Both the position numbers and the translations under genes were made by a program. DNA of 64,000 nucleotides from Candidatus Versatilivorator sp. GTDB taxonomy: Bacteria > Acidobacteriota > Terriglobia > Versatilivoradales > Versatilivoraceae. Numbering within the stretch: position 1 is the first letter of the stretch; every line of letters starts with the position of its first letter. The stretch spans positions 480,001 through 544,000 of the forward strand of contig OZ242296.1 of NCBI GenBank assembly GCA_965207735.1, read 5' to 3'. A model generated the notes under the pieces. That model did not search any database. It saw only the letters and a program-made list of their open reading frames with translations, and had not been told where the DNA came from. This document shows, in pieces, positions 11,628 to 20,675 of the stretch.

Positions 11628-12744
11628 CTAGGGTTGCGAGGCGGGCGCCGGGTTGCGGGCCCAGACCAGGTAGCTCTTGATGAACGGATTGATGTCGCCG
11701 TCGAGGACTCGGTCGGCATCGCCCACTTCCTTCTTGGTGCGGTGATCCTTGACCAGTCGATAGGGGTGGAGCACGTAGGAACGGATCTGGCTGCCCCAGG
11801 CGATATCCAGCTTGCTGTCTTCGATGGCGCGGCTTTCAGCCCGTTTCTTCTCCAGTTCAGCCTCGTAGAGACGGGAACGCAGGATCTTCATGGCCACTGA
11901 CCGATTCTTGTGCTGGGAACGTTCGTTTTGGCACTGCACCACGATCCCGGTGGGCAGGTGAGTGATGCGCACTGCCGAATCGGTGGTATTGACGTGTTGT
12001 CCTCCGGCGCCGGTGGAGCGATAGGTGTCGATCCTGAGATCCTTTTCCTCGATGACCACCTCGAGGGCGTCATCGATCTCCGGAGAGACGAACACGGAAG
12101 AGAAGGAGGTGTGCCGGCGCTTGTTGGCGTCGAAGGGAGAGATGCGGACCAGTCGGTGCACCCCCACCTCGGACATCAGGAGTCCATAGGCGTTGAGACC
12201 CTTGATGGCAATGGTTGCCGATTTGATCCCGGCCTCCTCGCCGGCCTGGCTGTCCACCAGCTCATGTCTGAAGTCCTGCTGTTCGGCCCATCGCAGGTAC
12301 ATGCGCAACAACATTTCGGCCCAGTCCTGGGACTCGGTGCCGCCGGCTCCGGGGTGGACCGTCAGGAAAGCATTGGACTGGGCATTCTCGCCGCTGAGGA
12401 GCGTCCGGGTTTCGGCATCCCCCACCCGTGATTCCAGCCGGGCTATCTCCAGTTGGATTTCCCCCTTGACGTCCTCGCCTTCGGCTCCCAGGTCGAAATA
12501 GGCTTCCAGGTCTTCAACCGCTCGACACAGTTCGCCGTCCAGGGCCAGGACGGCTTCCAGTTGCTTGCGCCTTTGCAGCAACTCCTGGGACTGGGACTGG
12601 TCCGTCCAAAAGGCCGGATCGGCGATTTTATTTTCCAGTTGGTGGAGTTCCTTGCGGTTGCTTTCGGCGTCAAAGATAGCTCCGTATGTCCCGCACCCGT
12701 TTCTCCAGTGCCTGAAAATTTCGGGTCAATTCCTCCGGTACCAT
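11628..12744 (-). CDS. prfB: Peptide chain release factor 2, programmed +1 frameshift (join 12744..12673, 12671..11628)
   Basis: ORF1 MVPEELTRNFQALEKRVRDIRSYL ends at CTT-TGA; the +1 frame has the SPF and GGQ motifs (RISPFD, GAGGQHVN). Confidence 0.97.
12669..12684 (-). promoter_or_regulatory. RF2 autoregulatory frameshift site
   Basis: Minus strand CGGAGCTATCTTTGAC: SD-like GGAG, then CTT TGA C. Confidence 0.93.
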
Positions 12745-12852
12745 TGTTTTCTCCCGATTGTCGAATCGCTGAAACAGGAACGTCGGCCGTCTCGCTCCTC
12801 ACGGAGGGCAATCTTAGCACAGGGCAGAGAACGAGGCAGGGAATGCCGTCCA

Positions 12853-13153
12853 CCCGGGAGCGCGGGCGTCCCGCCCGCACAAAACCCGGCACAGCTTCCC
12901 CCAATCTCTCCCACTTCGATGGACCGGAAACGGCGCCATTGCTCCCCTTCCGCCTGGATCATGCGGCGCCCGCCGACAGGGTGGCTGCCTGCAGCGCCGA
13001 TAGCCAGGATGGCGAAGAGAAGCATCTCCCGGCAGTCGGGCGCGCCCGGGCGAAGAGCCCCGTTCAAGGGGGCCGGTTGCGGTCAGCCGGGGATTGGCGG
13101 GGGAAAGTGGGTTGGCGGCAAGAGAATGTGGGCGGGGTGCCCGCGCTCCCGGG
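12853..13153. repeat. REP/REPIN-like doublet (~300 bp) with ~27-bp GC-rich inverted termini
   Basis: CCCGGGAGCGCGGGCGTCCCGCCCGCA at 12853 and TGTGGGCGGGGTGCCCGCGCTCCCGGG ending at 13153 are near-perfect inverted copies. Confidence 0.8.
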
Positions 13154-13178
13154 GAATGCCGACCGGCGGCGGGGGAGG

Positions 13179-13379
13179 CTACTTCTGTTGCTCCGCCAAC
13201 TCGCGCTTGGTGAAGCCCTCAAACAGCCCCTCCAGGCGCGCCATCCGTTCTCGGAGACCGGCTACATCCTCTCGGACATAGCGGATTTCCTGGCGCAAGT
13301 CTCCGGTCACCTTCCATCCAAGGCTCACCAGGGAAACGCCAAGGATGCCGATGGCGATCAATTCCGCGCTAATTTTCAT
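13179..13379 (-). CDS. Small membrane-anchored coiled-coil protein (66 aa)
   Basis: Strong SD AAGGAG before ATG; hydrophobic N-terminus ELIAIGILGVSLVSLGW, then heptad pattern LRQEIRYVREDVAGLRERMARLEGLF. Confidence 0.75.
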   Translation of the reverse strand: MKISAELIAIGILGVSLVSLGWKVTGDLRQEIRYVREDVAGLRERMARLEGLFEGFTKRELAEQQK

Positions 13380-13611
13380 CGCTGATACTCCTTACCACTT
13401 TGACGGACTTGCCGAGAGGGAGATCAGACAAGTTGGGGTGTTGATTTGTTATGGGCCCGCCCGGTTAGTGTACCACGGTTAGCCGGGCTTGAAAGAAGAG
13501 AGGCGCGGCGCCCTCAATGAACGGACGCAGGAATCCCCGGGGTGGAGTCCGCTGAGTCAATCCCGACTGAATGCGGGCCAGAGGTTGGCGAAAGCCGTTC
13601 GCCTGTTTCGC

Positions 13612-13641
13612 TTGACAATTGGCGGACGGACCCGGTATAAG
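13612..13641 (+). promoter_or_regulatory. Sigma70 promoter of rpsT
   Basis: TTGACA (13612-13617) N18 TATAAG (13636-13641). Confidence 0.65.
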
Positions 13642-13697
13642 GTGTCGCGCTTGCGGTGCTGAGGCGCCGGAGCGGACCCAAATCGGGGGAAGACGAA

Positions 13698-13979
13698 ATG
13701 GCCAGACACAAATCAGCAATGAAACGAGCCCGTCAGAACGAGCACAGGCGCTTGGCCAGGCGGAGCAAGATGCGCCGGCTGCGCACCCAGTTGGGAAGAA
13801 TCAGAAACGCCATTTCCGAGAAGAACACCGAGCAGGTCGATCGGTTGCTGGCGCCGACGCTGTCTCTGATCGACAGCTCCACCCACGGCAGCCTCATCCA
13901 CCGAAACAAGGCGGCCCGCCAGAAATCCCGCCTGATGTCCCAGATCAACACCCTCTCCGGCAGCGCCTCTTCCTCCTGA
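13698..13979 (+). CDS. rpsT: 30S ribosomal protein S20
   Basis: MARHKSAMKRARQ...IHRNKAARQKSRL. Confidence 0.96.
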   Translation: MARHKSAMKRARQNEHRRLARRSKMRRLRTQLGRIRNAISEKNTEQVDRLLAPTLSLIDSSTHGSLIHRNKAARQKSRLMSQINTLSGSASSS

Positions 13980-14063
13980 CACTTTACAGTCCCATGTCTC
14001 GGCTCGACCGCTGATCCCCCCTTGCACGGGGGCGACTGCCTGGGATAGCATCGCCCTGATCCC

Positions 14064-15434
14064 ATGGCTACCCAGAACCTGTTCGATCCCTACCAGCTTC
14101 GTCCCGAAAACATCGAGGATCCCCCGCGGACCTATACCAGCATTTTTCGACGGATCGGTCCGGGCCTGATTCTTGCCAGCGGCATCGTCGGCTCGGGCGA
14201 GTTGATTGCCACCACGGTGCTGGGCGCCGAGGCCGGTTATACGCTCCTGTGGCTGATCATTCTGAGCTGCTTCATCAAGGTGGTGGTTCAGAACGAGCTG
14301 GGGCGGTATGCCATTGGCACCGGCGAAACCACGCTGGAGGCCTTCGACCGGGCGCCGGGTCCCCGTTTGCGGGCCTCCTGGCTGGTCTGGGCCTGGTTCC
14401 TGATGGTGATGTTTACGCTCTTGCAGGTGGGCGGAATGCTGGGGGGCGTTTCCGAGGTGCTCAACCGGCTGGTTCCCGCGGTGCCCATCGGAGTCTGGGT
14501 CTGGGTGGTGAACCTGTTGACGGTTGTCCTGCTCATCGGCGGCCGCTACTGGGTGGTGGAAAGAGTCTCCATGGGGCTGGTGGTCTGCTTTACGGTCCTG
14601 ACCGTCAGTTGCGCCTTCCTGATGTTCAAGCTGCCCCAGTACTTTTCCTGGTCGCAGGTGGTATCGGGGTTGTCCTTTCAGCTCCCGGAAGGAGGGCTCA
14701 TCACCGCCGTGGCCGCTTTCGGCATCACCGGAGTGGGAGCCACCGAGCTGGTGGTGTATCCCTACTGGTGCCTGGAGAAAGGGTATGCCCGCTACAGCGG
14801 CCCTCGCGACGGGAGTCCGGCCTGGCGGGAAAGGGCAGGCGGGTGGATTCGGGTCATGGGGGTGGACGTCGTCAATTCCATGGTCATTTACACTTTCGCC
14901 ACGGTGGCCTTTTACTTTCTGGGAGCGGGAATCCTGCACGCACGCGGCCTGGTGCCCAGCGGCTCCGAAATGGTCCTGGTGCTTGCCAACATGTACACCG
15001 AAACCATGGGCGAATGGTCGCTGCCGCTCTTCCTGGTGGGTGCTTTCGCGGTGCTCTATTCCACCATCTTTGCCGCTACGGCCGCGCACAGCCGGGTGTT
15101 CGCCGATTTTGCAGGCATCCTGAAGCTCTACGACAAGACCGACTACGCCAAACGCCTCCAGGTGACGCGCCTCTTCGTGGTCATCCTTCTTTTCGTGCCC
15201 TCCCTCTATTTCATGTTTCTGCAGGCGCCGGTGCTGATGGTCATCATCGGCGGAGCGGCTCAGGCCCTCATGTTGCCCGTCATTGCCATCTACACGGTCT
15301 ACCTGCGTTACCGCCACATGCCGGGAGAGCTCCTTCCCGACGCATGGGTGACCCTGGCCCTGTGGATCTCGGCCGTGGTCATGGCCCTCATGATGGGCTA
15401 TTCCCTCATTCAGCGAATCGTGGGACTGAGATAG
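14064..15434 (+). CDS. Nramp-superfamily (YcsG-like) transporter
   Basis: IGPGLILASGIVGSGE, GYTLLW, GETTLE, YPYWCLEKGY; about 11 hydrophobic segments. Confidence 0.8.
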   Translation: MATQNLFDPYQLRPENIEDPPRTYTSIFRRIGPGLILASGIVGSGELIATTVLGAEAGYTLLWLIILSCFIKVVVQNELGRYAIGTGETTLEAFDRAPGPRLRASWLVWAWFLMVMFTLLQVGGMLGGVSEVLNRLVPAVPIGVWVWVVNLLTVVLLIGGRYWVVERVSMGLVVCFTVLTVSCAFLMFKLPQYFSWSQVVSGLSFQLPEGGLITAVAAFGITGVGATELVVYPYWCLEKGYARYSGPRDGSPAWRERAGGWIRVMGVDVVNSMVIYTFATVAFYFLGAGILHARGLVPSGSEMVLVLANMYTETMGEWSLPLFLVGAFAVLYSTIFAATAAHSRVFADFAGILKLYDKTDYAKRLQVTRLFVVILLFVPSLYFMFLQAPVLMVIIGGAAQALMLPVIAIYTVYLRYRHMPGELLPDAWVTLALWISAVVMALMMGYSLIQRIVGLR

Positions 15435-15451
15435 AGCCGGCGCGGCCTGAA

Positions 15452-16735
15452 TTAGGCGTGGGCGGGGACCTTCCGGGTGACGTAGGGGACGGTTTGCGGG
15501 CCTTCGGGGAGCACGGCGATGCGGCAGTCCGGACCCGAAGCCGCCTGCAGCTGCCTCACCAGGCCGCCAATGTCCCGAACCGGCTTGAGGTGGGCGTCCA
15601 GGACGTCGGAATCGGGCAAGGTCGAGTAGAGGTATACCTCCGACTTCATCAGGATCTTGGCCAGGATCTGAACCTGCCATTGATCCTGAATGGTCTCGGT
15701 GTGACTGTGAATGTTGGAGAGCACCTCGGCGGGAGACCGTCCGGAGCGCAGCAATTGGCCGAAGGGTCCCTCTGAAGGCAGGCCGTCGCAGCACTCCGAA
15801 GCCATGACAATGGTTCCGCCCGGCCTGACGATGCGGGAGGCGGCCGACATGCCCTTGACGGCCTGGTAGAGATTCAGATCCAGGGGGAACCCCGAATTGG
15901 TGGTCACGACAACATCGAAGGGCTGCTCCACCGGTCGCATGACCGATTCTCGTGCAAACCGGCATCCCTCTTCGTGAGCCTCCTTCCAGTCTCCCGCGAA
16001 AACACCCGTAATTTCCCGGTCCTTGTTGAGGGTGACGTTGACGATGAAGTCTGGCCGGACCAGAGCTGCAATTTCCGACATTTCCCGGTAGATGGGATTG
16101 TTGACGGTCTCTCCCCAGGTGGCATTGGGATTGTCGATCATTGGAGCCGAGTGGTTCCTCAGGATGCTCTCGAAGGCTCCCACTCCCAACAATACCGCCT
16201 TGGGTCCCCCCGAGAATCCCGCAAACAAATGGGGCTCGATGAACCCCGTCAGGATTTTGAGCCGGGCCTGCACGAAATCCTTGTTGACCCAGACCTGGTT
16301 GCCGTATCGGCTGGCGCCGAGATGAACCATGCTGGAACGTTCCCGGGGTTGGTGCTGCACGATGCGGTAGTTGTCGAGGATCTCCCTCCCCAGCATGGCC
16401 TCCAGCTCCTGGGGCGTGTTGGACCGGTGGGTACCCACGGCGTTGATCAAGGTGATGTTTTCTTTCGGGACCTGGTCCAGTTCGGATAGCACGATCGGCA
16501 GTACCCTGTCGCTTGGCATGGCCCGTGTGCGGTCGGGAAAGATGACGGCCACCGAGGTGTCGGCGGCGGCCAGCTCGCGCAGTGGGGCCGCGGCCACCGG
16601 ATTCCGAAGCGCATGGAGAAGGGAGGCGGCTTCGTCCTCCAGTCCCTTTACGAACTGGGGCTCGATGACCTCGATTCCCCGTTCCGGAAAATCCACCTCC
16701 AGTCCGTTTTTCCCGTAAGCCAGTGTTACCTTCAT
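15452..16735 (-). CDS. larA: Nickel-pincer-dependent lactate racemase family (LarA) protein
   Basis: PDRTRAMP, AVGTHR, TGFIEPHLFAGFSGGPK, DLNLYQAVKG match LarA catalytic and cofactor motifs. Confidence 0.88.
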   Translation of the reverse strand: MKVTLAYGKNGLEVDFPERGIEVIEPQFVKGLEDEAASLLHALRNPVAAAPLRELAAADTSVAVIFPDRTRAMPSDRVLPIVLSELDQVPKENITLINAVGTHRSNTPQELEAMLGREILDNYRIVQHQPRERSSMVHLGASRYGNQVWVNKDFVQARLKILTGFIEPHLFAGFSGGPKAVLLGVGAFESILRNHSAPMIDNPNATWGETVNNPIYREMSEIAALVRPDFIVNVTLNKDREITGVFAGDWKEAHEEGCRFARESVMRPVEQPFDVVVTTNSGFPLDLNLYQAVKGMSAASRIVRPGGTIVMASECCDGLPSEGPFGQLLRSGRSPAEVLSNIHSHTETIQDQWQVQILAKILMKSEVYLYSTLPDSDVLDAHLKPVRDIGGLVRQLQAASGPDCRIAVLPEGPQTVPYVTRKVPAHA

Positions 16736-16881
16736 GTCCTCTCCAGAGTTGCCCGCAATCGCCGTGCTTCTGAACCGCTTTCCCTGACCGCGCCCATCAC
16801 GGCGTAAATGGGGAAGCTGTCAAACAGAATGTTGACCCGCTCGGGAGCTTATTATACTTTGATTCCGACCACGGTCGGAGT

Positions 16882-16950
16882 CTCGTCCGCATTTCTCGCC
16901 AGGTCGCTGGTGCCATGACGAAAAGTAGTTTATCGTCACCTGGTGAAGGA
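16882..16950. mobile_element. Internally deleted copy of the CTAG-ended MITE family
   Basis: CTCGTCCGCATTTCTCGCCAGGTCGCTGGTGCCATGACGAAAAGTAGTTTATC matches the copies at 30524 and 33935 (reverse complement), then jumps to CCTGGTGA, the start of the other end. Confidence 0.75.
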
Positions 16951-17009
16951 ATCGATATCGAAGCTGCTCGAGCAGGATCGGGCAGTCGGTCACCCGCGGA
17001 AAACCAGCC

Positions 17010-17366
17010 ATGCGAGAGAGCGACTTTTTCGATGAGAAGGACGTCAGGAAGCCGACCCAACTGACCTGTCCTTTCTGCGGCCGCACCTTTCAGTACGAGG
17101 TGCGTTGGCGACAGCGGCTCAAGAAGAGGCGCCTGCCCGGGGGCGCTTCTTCAGAGGACCGCCGGCGGTTTGGCAAGGCTCAGTCCTACCTGGTCCGGAT
17201 CGACGACAAGGTTGGCTGCCAGAACGGGCGATGCCGCAGGCGGTTTGAGATTGCCAGTTTTCAAACCGTCGTCTTTCTTTCCGAATCCGACCACTTGTCG
17301 GAGCGGACCCGCGAGCAGCCGAAGAGAACTCGACCCCGCGGGAACCCGAATCGAAACCACCGCTGA
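17010..17366 (+). CDS. Hypothetical basic protein with a putative zinc ribbon
   Basis: CPFC and CQNGRC cysteine pairs; plausible TTGACC-N17-TACTTT promoter at 16832-16860. Confidence 0.7.
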   Translation: MRESDFFDEKDVRKPTQLTCPFCGRTFQYEVRWRQRLKKRRLPGGASSEDRRRFGKAQSYLVRIDDKVGCQNGRCRRRFEIASFQTVVFLSESDHLSERTREQPKRTRPRGNPNRNHR

Positions 17367-17375
17367 GGTAGAGCT

Positions 17376-18383
17376 TCAGATCCCCAGCAGGATCTTGCCG
17401 AACTGTCGGGCTTCTTCCATCCGCTGGTGGGCCTGTCCGGCCTCCTGCATAGGAAAGACCCGATCAATGGGTGGGCGCAGCTCCTGAGCCGAGTAGAGTT
17501 CGACCAGGGCATCGAACTCCCGCGGGCTGGCCATGGTGGACCCCATCACCGTCACCTGCTTCCAGAAAATCCGTCTCACCTCGATCTTCCGGGCGGTGCC
17601 CAGGGTGGCGCCGTAGGTGACGATTCTTCCGGCGGGCCCAATCAATTCCAGCGCTCTTTCGAAGACGCTGCCGCCGCTGCCGTCGATGATCACATCCAGC
17701 GGCCGACCCTGCAGCAGCTGGCGCAGCTTGCGGCCCCACTGCTCGTCCCGATAGTTGACGCCGCCGACCGCCCCCAAGGCGCAGGCGCGTTCGATCTTGT
17801 GGTCGCTGCCAGAGGTGACGAACGTGCTGGCGCCCAGGCAATGGGCGATCTGCAGGGCCAGGGAGGCCACTCCTCCGCCCACGCCGGTTATCAGGACCGT
17901 TTCGCCGGCCGCCACTTGGGCTCTGGTGACCAGAGCCCGGTAGGCGGTCATGCCGGCCAGTGGCAGCGCCGCCGCTTCTTCGAAAGAAAGGTGGGCCGGT
18001 TTGGGTTGGATGTTGGCGGCGGGTACGACGACCATCCGGGCATAGGTGCCGCCGTCCGGCATCCCCAGAATGCGCATTCCAGGTCCCTGGGCCCTGATCT
18101 CCGGTCCCCAGTCCAGACAGGGGTTGATCAGAACCGCCTGGCCCAAAAGGCCGGTCGATAGCCCGGAACCCACGGCAGCCACTTCGCCTGAACCGTCCGA
18201 ACCCAGAATGGTGGGAAGCTGGATGTTGGCGTAGAGTCCCTTGCGGATCCAGGCGTCGCGGTGGTTCAGCGCGGCCGCCTTCAGACGGACCAGCACCTCG
18301 CCGGCCCCGGGAACCGGGTCGGGAACCTCTTCCCACAGCAGTTTTTCGGGACCACCCAGCTCCTTCAGCACGATCGCTTTCAT
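17376..18383 (-). CDS. Medium-chain dehydrogenase/reductase (quinone oxidoreductase-like)
   Basis: AAALNHRD, ILGSDGSG, ITGVGGGV, RQFGKILL. Confidence 0.9.
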   Translation of the reverse strand: MKAIVLKELGGPEKLLWEEVPDPVPGAGEVLVRLKAAALNHRDAWIRKGLYANIQLPTILGSDGSGEVAAVGSGLSTGLLGQAVLINPCLDWGPEIRAQGPGMRILGMPDGGTYARMVVVPAANIQPKPAHLSFEEAAALPLAGMTAYRALVTRAQVAAGETVLITGVGGGVASLALQIAHCLGASTFVTSGSDHKIERACALGAVGGVNYRDEQWGRKLRQLLQGRPLDVIIDGSGGSVFERALELIGPAGRIVTYGATLGTARKIEVRRIFWKQVTVMGSTMASPREFDALVELYSAQELRPPIDRVFPMQEAGQAHQRMEEARQFGKILLGI

Positions 18384-18409
18384 TGCAGTTACCTCACCTG
18401 TATCTGTGC

Positions 18410-19675
18410 TCAGGCTTCCTTGAGCCAGCGGTAGACCTCCCTGAGCCGGGGACGTTTACCATACATCAATGAGGCCGTCCGAAAGAGCCGGGAGGCCCCC
18501 TTGACGGCCAGGACAATTCCCAAGATCAGCACTGCCGTGGAGACCAGCACATCCACCGCCGGAACCTCGCCGGTGCTTAGCCGCAGCAGCATGGTGACCG
18601 GCGCCGTCAAGGGGAAGAACGAAAAGGAGCGGGCCAGCCAGGAATGGGGCTGCTGTATGAGGGAGGCGGCCAGAAACATTGGAATCATGCTGGTCATTGT
18701 CCAGACAACCGACAATTGCTGGCTTTCCTGGGAGGTGTTGCCCAACAGGCCGGTGCCCGCCATGAGGCTGGCAAACAGGAGATAGCCCAGGACCACGTAC
18801 ATCAGGCTCAAAAGAATCTGTCCGGGAGACAGGGTCATCAGGGTCAAAATCAGGCTGGCAGGCAGAACCAGCACCACCACGTAAAAGGTAACCTGCAGCA
18901 GACCGGCCGCGCCCAGGCCCATCATTTTGCCCATCAGGAGTTGGGTGGGAGTCACCGACGAAAGAAGGATCTCGATGATCCGGTTCTGCTTCTCTTCGGC
19001 AATGCCCTGGAGAAGGTAGCCTGAAGACATGAAGATGGAAATCGTCAGGAGAAAAAACATGATTAAGGGTCCCAGGAACCGCCCGACTTGCTTCAGCAGG
19101 TTGCCCTCAGGCTGGATCCGACCCTGTTTCGAGACTTGCATTTCCTTGAATCGGCCTGGCGTCAGGATTCTGGCCACGGCTTCCTTCTCCAGCCGCCCAC
19201 TGGTCAGACTGGCTCGCAGCAGTGCGCTCAACTGCCTCCGTCCGGTTCGGGTCAGTTGAGAGAAGATACCCTTTTCAGCTGCGTAGACAACGATGTCGCC
19301 GCTTTGCAGATAGTCGGCTTCCAACAGGAAGACGGCACCCAGATTGCCCTTTCTGAGATCCGCCAGAGCCTTGTCCAGATCGTCATAGGCCACGAGTTCA
19401 GTTTGATCCCCGGCGCCGGGCACCGGGAGCGGGTTGGTTGAACGGGTTGGCTTGGCGGCTGCCTGCAAGCTGAAGTCCAGAACTCGAGCGCGGTCGACGA
19501 CACCGGCCGGCCCCTGATTGGCCTGCGAATCGCGAAAGGTCTCCCTGGACAGCAAGCTGGCCGCAAAGAGTCCGCCGATCATGATCAGCGGCAGCCCAAA
19601 CAGTGTGAACAGGTAACCCTTGCGGGTCACGGTCACCAGGAACTCCCGCTTGCAAATGGCCCAGACCTTGCTCAT
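18410..19675 (-). CDS. ABC-2 exporter permease (NatB/YhaP-like)
   Basis: One N-terminal TM, a large loop and about 5 C-terminal TMs; EEKQNRIIEILLSSV, GKMMG, LMYGKRP. Confidence 0.88.
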   Translation of the reverse strand: MSKVWAICKREFLVTVTRKGYLFTLFGLPLIMIGGLFAASLLSRETFRDSQANQGPAGVVDRARVLDFSLQAAAKPTRSTNPLPVPGAGDQTELVAYDDLDKALADLRKGNLGAVFLLEADYLQSGDIVVYAAEKGIFSQLTRTGRRQLSALLRASLTSGRLEKEAVARILTPGRFKEMQVSKQGRIQPEGNLLKQVGRFLGPLIMFFLLTISIFMSSGYLLQGIAEEKQNRIIEILLSSVTPTQLLMGKMMGLGAAGLLQVTFYVVVLVLPASLILTLMTLSPGQILLSLMYVVLGYLLFASLMAGTGLLGNTSQESQQLSVVWTMTSMIPMFLAASLIQQPHSWLARSFSFFPLTAPVTMLLRLSTGEVPAVDVLVSTAVLILGIVLAVKGASRLFRTASLMYGKRPRLREVYRWLKEA

Positions 19676-20586
19676 GAGTTATCCCGCACCACCCGAATAA
19701 AAATCTCGTCCAGCGGGGTTCTGGCGCGCTGGAATGATTCTACCTCGGTCCCCGATTCCACCAGCCAGCGGAGGAATCGTGCCGGCTCCACTCCCTGCTT
19801 CAGGTAAACGGTAGCTGCAGCGTTGTGGCTGGTGAACCGGTCGATGAGCTCGCACCTCTGGTAGTCAGCCCCGGAACGAACCAGGAACGAAGGCTCGGAA
19901 TAGCGGTTCTGAATTTCGTCGAGGTCCCCATAGAGCACCTGGCGTCCCCGGTTGATCATGAATACCCGGCGGCACAGAGATTCCACCAGCGCCATCTGGT
20001 GAACCGACAGCACCACTGTTTTTCCCTCGGCAGCCAGTTCCTGAATGGACCTGACCAGCAGATGAACGTTGATAGGATCCAATCCGGTGAAGGGTTCGTC
20101 CAGGATGAGGATGTCGGGATCGGAGACAACCGCGGCGATGAATTGGACCTTTTGCTGGTTGCCCTTGGAAAGCTCCTGGACCGGGCGGTTCCTTAAATCG
20201 TCGATCTCCAGTCTCTTGAGCCAATCACGAGCGTTGCTGCGGACCCGTTCGACGGAGACGCCCTTGAGAGTCCCCAGGTATTCCAGCACCGCCATCACCC
20301 TTTGCCGGAAATAGAGGCCGCGCTCTTCAGGCAGATAGCCGATCCGGTTCTTGTGGGTCTCGGAAATGGGCTGCCCCTGGATTCGAATGGATCCGGCGTC
20401 TGGCCGAATCAGGTCGAGAATGAGGCGGATGAGGGTGGTCTTGCCGGCCCCGTTCGGTCCCAGTAGACCGAAGATTTCGCCGCTGCCGATCTCAAACGAA
20501 GCACGATCCACCGCGACGACCGAACTGAAGTTCTTGCTGACCTCCTGAACCGAAATGATGGCGTTGGGCGCGACCATAAGCGGCAT
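19672..20586 (-). CDS. ABC exporter ATP-binding protein (NatA/YhaQ-like)
   Basis: GPNGAGKTT, GYLPEERGLY, LSKGNQQK, ILDEPFTGLDP. Confidence 0.92.
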   Translation of the reverse strand: MPLMVAPNAIISVQEVSKNFSSVVAVDRASFEIGSGEIFGLLGPNGAGKTTLIRLILDLIRPDAGSIRIQGQPISETHKNRIGYLPEERGLYFRQRVMAVLEYLGTLKGVSVERVRSNARDWLKRLEIDDLRNRPVQELSKGNQQKVQFIAAVVSDPDILILDEPFTGLDPINVHLLVRSIQELAAEGKTVVLSVHQMALVESLCRRVFMINRGRQVLYGDLDEIQNRYSEPSFLVRSGADYQRCELIDRFTSHNAAATVYLKQGVEPARFLRWLVESGTEVESFQRARTPLDEIFIRVVRDNS

Positions 20587-20675
20587 ACGTTATCACGATG
20601 CCCGCGACCGGTCTAAGGCAATATTCTTCCCCACGAGGCACTGACTCTTGGGTGTCCATTTCAAGGGCTTTTGAC

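Noticed and set aside
13515-13600. Hammerhead-like or c-di-AMP-like look (CTGAATG...GCCA/TGGC-GAAA) upstream of rpsT
   Set aside because: The core does not match CUGAnGA or the ydaO consensus, and it lies upstream of the rpsT promoter. An Rfam scan would settle it.
13980-14063. yybP-ykoY Mn2+ riboswitch before the Nramp-like gene
   Set aside because: Only 84 bp, with no GGGGAGUA-type consensus; just a short GC hairpin.
13713-15965. 750-aa minus-strand ORF and similar long alternative-frame ORFs (e.g. 56178..57605, 58398..59567)
   Set aside because: They overlap well-supported genes on the opposite strand, a typical high-GC artefact.
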